DNA of 64,000 nucleotides from Rhizodiscina lignyota (Eukaryota): NCBI GenBank assembly GCA_010015805.1, contig ML978122.1, positions 654,453 to 718,452 of the forward strand, read 5' to 3'. Shown piece by piece: positions 60,511 to 64,000 of this stretch (position 1 is its first letter; each line of letters starts with the position of its first letter). The notes under the pieces were generated by a model. It saw only the letters and a program-made list of their open reading frames with translations, ran no database searches and was not told where the DNA came from. The position numbers and the translations under genes were made by a program.

Positions 60511-61419
60511 ATGGGTGGCGGTCCCTCCCCAGTAGACCTCCTCATCCTCGGCGCAGGCTGGACATCGACCTTCCTCATCCCTCTTCTCGATGACTCTGAT
60601 TCCACTTCCCAGAAGATTTCGTATGCAGCAACGACGCGAGATGGCCGCAACGGCACCATCCCATTCACATTCGACCCGGATTCCGACGACACCGAGCCAT
60701 ATAAACGTCTCCCATCAGCGAAAATCATATTGATCACATTCCCCGTGACCGGCTCAACACAGCCGAAAACATTGGTAGAACGGTACGAGTGCACGCACCC
60801 GGAGTCGAAAGGAGGCAAAGGCGCGAAATACATCCTCCTCGGCGCGACCAGCATATGGAAGGAGCAGACTCTCGTCACCGAGGCCTCGCCGTACGACCAT
60901 TCCAACGAGCGCGCGCAGGGCGAGGACGCGCTGATGCAGCTGTGCGGGGAGAGGAGTCTGGTGCTGAGCCTCGCGGGCCTGTATGGCGGCGAGCGGGACC
61001 CGCGGACGTGGGGCGTCAGGGTGGTGAAGAGCAAGAGCGACGTCAAGAAGAAGGGCGCGGTGCATCTGGTCAATGGGAGGGATGTGGCGAGGGGGGTTTT
61101 GGGGTGTGTGCGGTTTGGCGTGTCGCCAGGAGGAGGTGCAGGGGGCCGGGATGCACACGGTGAGAAGGGGTGGAGTGGCCTGGCGGGGAAGAGATGGATC
61201 GTCACGGACCTGCGCTGCTACGACTGGTGGGATCTGCTGATGAGCTTTGACGACGGGGCCGCGCAGGGCATGGAGTTTGCGAGGTGGGTGGGTGAGTTGA
61301 TGGTTGAGGAGGGGGTAAGTCTGCTGCCTAGGGAGCCGGGGAAGTTGGGTAGGGTGCTTGACGGGAGGGCGTTTTGGAATAGGTTGGGGATTTGGCCGAG
61401 TGTGAGGAGGGTTTGTTGA
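60511..61419 (+). CDS. NAD(P)-binding Rossmann-fold protein (atypical SDR, YeeZ-like)
   Basis: LLILGAGWTS, YAATTRDGR, LGATSIW, LSLAGLYGG, HLVNGRDVARG and RWIVTDLRCYDWWDL. Confidence 0.85.
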   Translation: MGGGPSPVDLLILGAGWTSTFLIPLLDDSDSTSQKISYAATTRDGRNGTIPFTFDPDSDDTEPYKRLPSAKIILITFPVTGSTQPKTLVERYECTHPESKGGKGAKYILLGATSIWKEQTLVTEASPYDHSNERAQGEDALMQLCGERSLVLSLAGLYGGERDPRTWGVRVVKSKSDVKKKGAVHLVNGRDVARGVLGCVRFGVSPGGGAGGRDAHGEKGWSGLAGKRWIVTDLRCYDWWDLLMSFDDGAAQGMEFARWVGELMVEEGVSLLPREPGKLGRVLDGRAFWNRLGIWPSVRRVC

Positions 61420-61778
61420 TGGGAGACGGAGCTGGAGGAGTGTGGAGATGTCACAGTGTGGCTATATGGTGCGAGTAGAAATGCAACCTCTATGGGCTGT
61501 GTTGGATTCTAAAAGGAAATGATATCGGTTGAGCAGATTGACTGGTTGCAAGCTAGAACATGACTTGCTGAAGCCTAAAAGCATGTGGAGTGGATTTGAA
61601 ATCATCTATCAGTTACACCACTTTGCGCAAGCAAAGCATGTTGAGGGTTGTAGGTACCTTATGCTCTTTCAGGTCCAGGACCAGCACTGCTCAAACCCAT
61701 TCGTCATTCACGAAATATCGAAACGCCCCTCAAGGAGCTTCTCATCTGCCCGAACCAAACCCTCCACCTCTCATCTCA

Positions 61779-63777
61779 TCACAGGGACTTGATCCCATTC
61801 AGCTGCGACATCTCCATCCCCTCACCCACCTCATACGCCCTCAAAATCCTTCTCGCAACCCCCTCCCCCGCCCAATACGCCCCCGTCACCGTCCCCAGCG
61901 CCACAAACGGCGCCGTATGCTCCCCGGCAAACCACAACCCGCCATCCGGCAGCCCCTCCCGCAGCGTCTCGACGTCCTCGTCGCCGCGCTCCAGCCCGAC
62001 CGGGAAGTTCGTGTAGCTGCCGTTGCCCGCGAGCTCGTCGTTGACCCAGGCCGTCGCCAGCGCGTCGACGGGCTGGCACGCGGCAGAGGCGGCGTCGTAG
62101 TTTGGCAGGAACGAGACGTACGGCGAGAAGAGGCGCCATAGTGCGGACACGTACTCGGGTTTTGCGGGGCCTAAGAGAGAGCGGTAGGGGAGCGTAGACA
62201 CCAGCTGGGCGACTTGGTTCGCGAAGTCGCCGTAGATGTAGAACAGTAGCGTCGGCTGGGCGCACGAGTCTGGCAGGGCGGCCATGTTGAAGAACTCCTG
62301 GTTCATGAGCGTGGGGTTCGTGTCTTGCGCGTACGTCGGGTTCAGAAAGGTCACGAAGCCGGGAAAGTTGCGGTCCTGGGCCTTCAGCTTAGCGGACGTG
62401 GTGGATGCGTCTGAAGATGGTTGGTGGAGTGGGATTGTCGTTGCTCTGATGTTGGGGTCGGATTTTGAGGGCTCAATTGGCGCGGTTGCTGTGCCGTTTT
62501 GGACTGGCGAGTTCCAGAATGCGGTGGGGAAGGTGATGTAGACTTTGTCGAGATTGCCATAGCCCAAGGCGGATATGGCTTCTGAAAAGCGCTTTGGCAA
62601 AGGCGGGTCGAATGCTTGACCGTGTCTCTGTAGCCATCCTAGCGGCGTAGTTACAACAATCTCGTCAAAGCTCTCTTCCGTATCTTCTTGAACTTCTCCG
62701 GTCATGAAACTTGTGCTATCCTCGGGCGGACTCTGGCGGTGCACGAGCGAAGGGAAAGATCCACCAAGCTCATCGCCTTTCGACCGGATCTTCTTCACCG
62801 TGCGGCCAAATTTGATCTTTGCAGATTCAAGCGCTGGCGCTGCAAGTCGTTTCAGAACCTTCGCATACGAATCCGCACAGAACAGATTATCGCCATCCAA
62901 ACACTCCTCAAGCCAGAAGAACTTCAGACTCTGCTTCTCAACCGGTTGGCCAACGAAAGCGCCAAACATTCTACAACTCTGCTCAACGATTTTCATCCTC
63001 GCCGCACTGTCTGGGTTCCTGTCGCAGCCATATCTCTGTTCGATCCTAGTGTTGAAGAAATCTGCCAGACTTGCGCTTGACGGGATCTCGTTCTCCTTCG
63101 GGTCACGCGAGAACTTGGCATTACTCTCGTGCAGGCCGTCCTTGATGCTATCCCAGATGAACTCCTGGATCTCGGTCATTTCTTCCTCCGGGAGCGGCTG
63201 TTTCTGCGAGTCGACGGTGATTGACTTCTCGCCCCAGCTGTAGCCTATGGATCCGGTCTCTTTCACCAGGTCCATCATGGGGTTGTTGTCGGTGCCGTGT
63301 ATCCAGTTTGGGCCTCTGTGGGGCTATTAGAGTTCTGGATAGCTTGCTTGGTGGGCACATAAAGACTTACAAATCGACGAGATGCTTCCCGCTCATTGTG
63401 CCTTGTCCAAGCTATCTCCAATGTCAGCTTCAATTTCCAAATGTCACACCCAGCTCACTTACACGTCCGCCGAGTCTCTCTCTGCCTTCAATAATAGTAA
63501 CTTGCACGCCATGCTTCGATAAGACCTCGGCACATCTCAATCCAGCAACGCCTCCACCAACAATACCAATATGAAGTCTGCGGCCAACAGGCAACGCTCT
63601 TCTGAGCATCGACGCACCCACGCCATTCATGGTATTGCCGGGCTGGTGAATGCTGGCTGTGAGATCTTGATGTATGCGAGACATGCCTTTCGGGCTATGC
63701 GGGAGCTTGAACCTGCTTCCGTTATCATGAGGTCGTTGTTCCACAAGTGCCGACGCCATGATTTCACTCGATGGCAT
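61779..63777 (-). CDS. Flavin-containing amine (polyamine) oxidase family protein; 3 exons (start uncertain)
   Basis: GIVGGGVAGL..IEGRERLGGR and DLGPNWIHGT (across introns 63412..63462 and 63316..63370), FFWLEECLDG, TTPLGWL, GNLDKVYITF, GSY and FAGEHTAPFVALGTVTGAY. Confidence 0.92.
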
Positions 63778-64000
63778 GGGTAGTGCGAAGGGGAGTTGAA
63801 GGTTAGAGTTCGGGTATGTAATCGTAATTGTGGTCAAGCGATTGCGAACACTCCTGGCACAAGTCGAGCAGCACCAGAAAGTGTGAGATGTACAAAACGG
63901 CAATCATTCTAAAAACAAAACGGCCAACTGAGGCTGCGAGACGCGTGAGGTGTGATGTGATGTCGGGAATGTTAAGGGAGAAAAGAGACAGTGAGATAGG

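Overview
Gene-dense, intron-containing DNA from a filamentous ascomycete (Pezizomycotina; Eurotiomycetes-like is only a guess). It has short GT-AG introns with CTRAC branch points, about 23 protein-coding genes and 2-3 pseudogene relics. I found no rRNA, tRNA, CRISPR array or intact transposon. Recognisable genes: RNase T2, CUE-domain protein, arylsulfotransferase-like protein, GT34 glycosyltransferase, MFS and POT/PTR transporters, DUF202 protein, SREBP (SrbA/Sre1-type) head-to-head with an NsdD-type GATA factor, glutamate-cysteine ligase (GSH1), GH28 RgxB-like hydrolase, a Rossmann-fold protein and a flavin amine oxidase. The most interesting region is an accessory block at about 49.5-55.4 kb. 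It holds a HET-domain gene, a spliced gene fusing a helical (HeLo/SesA-like) N-terminal domain to a single retropepsin-type aspartyl protease (LLDTGA), and a divergently transcribed DUF6594-type membrane protein. I infer this is a candidate protease-activated non-self-recognition or cell-death module. Also notable are an AA16 LPMO pseudogene with CAG>TAG-type stops, a HET-6-like relic, and an orphan gene with a triplicated 100-bp leader. All family calls come from motif recognition by eye; no database searches were run.
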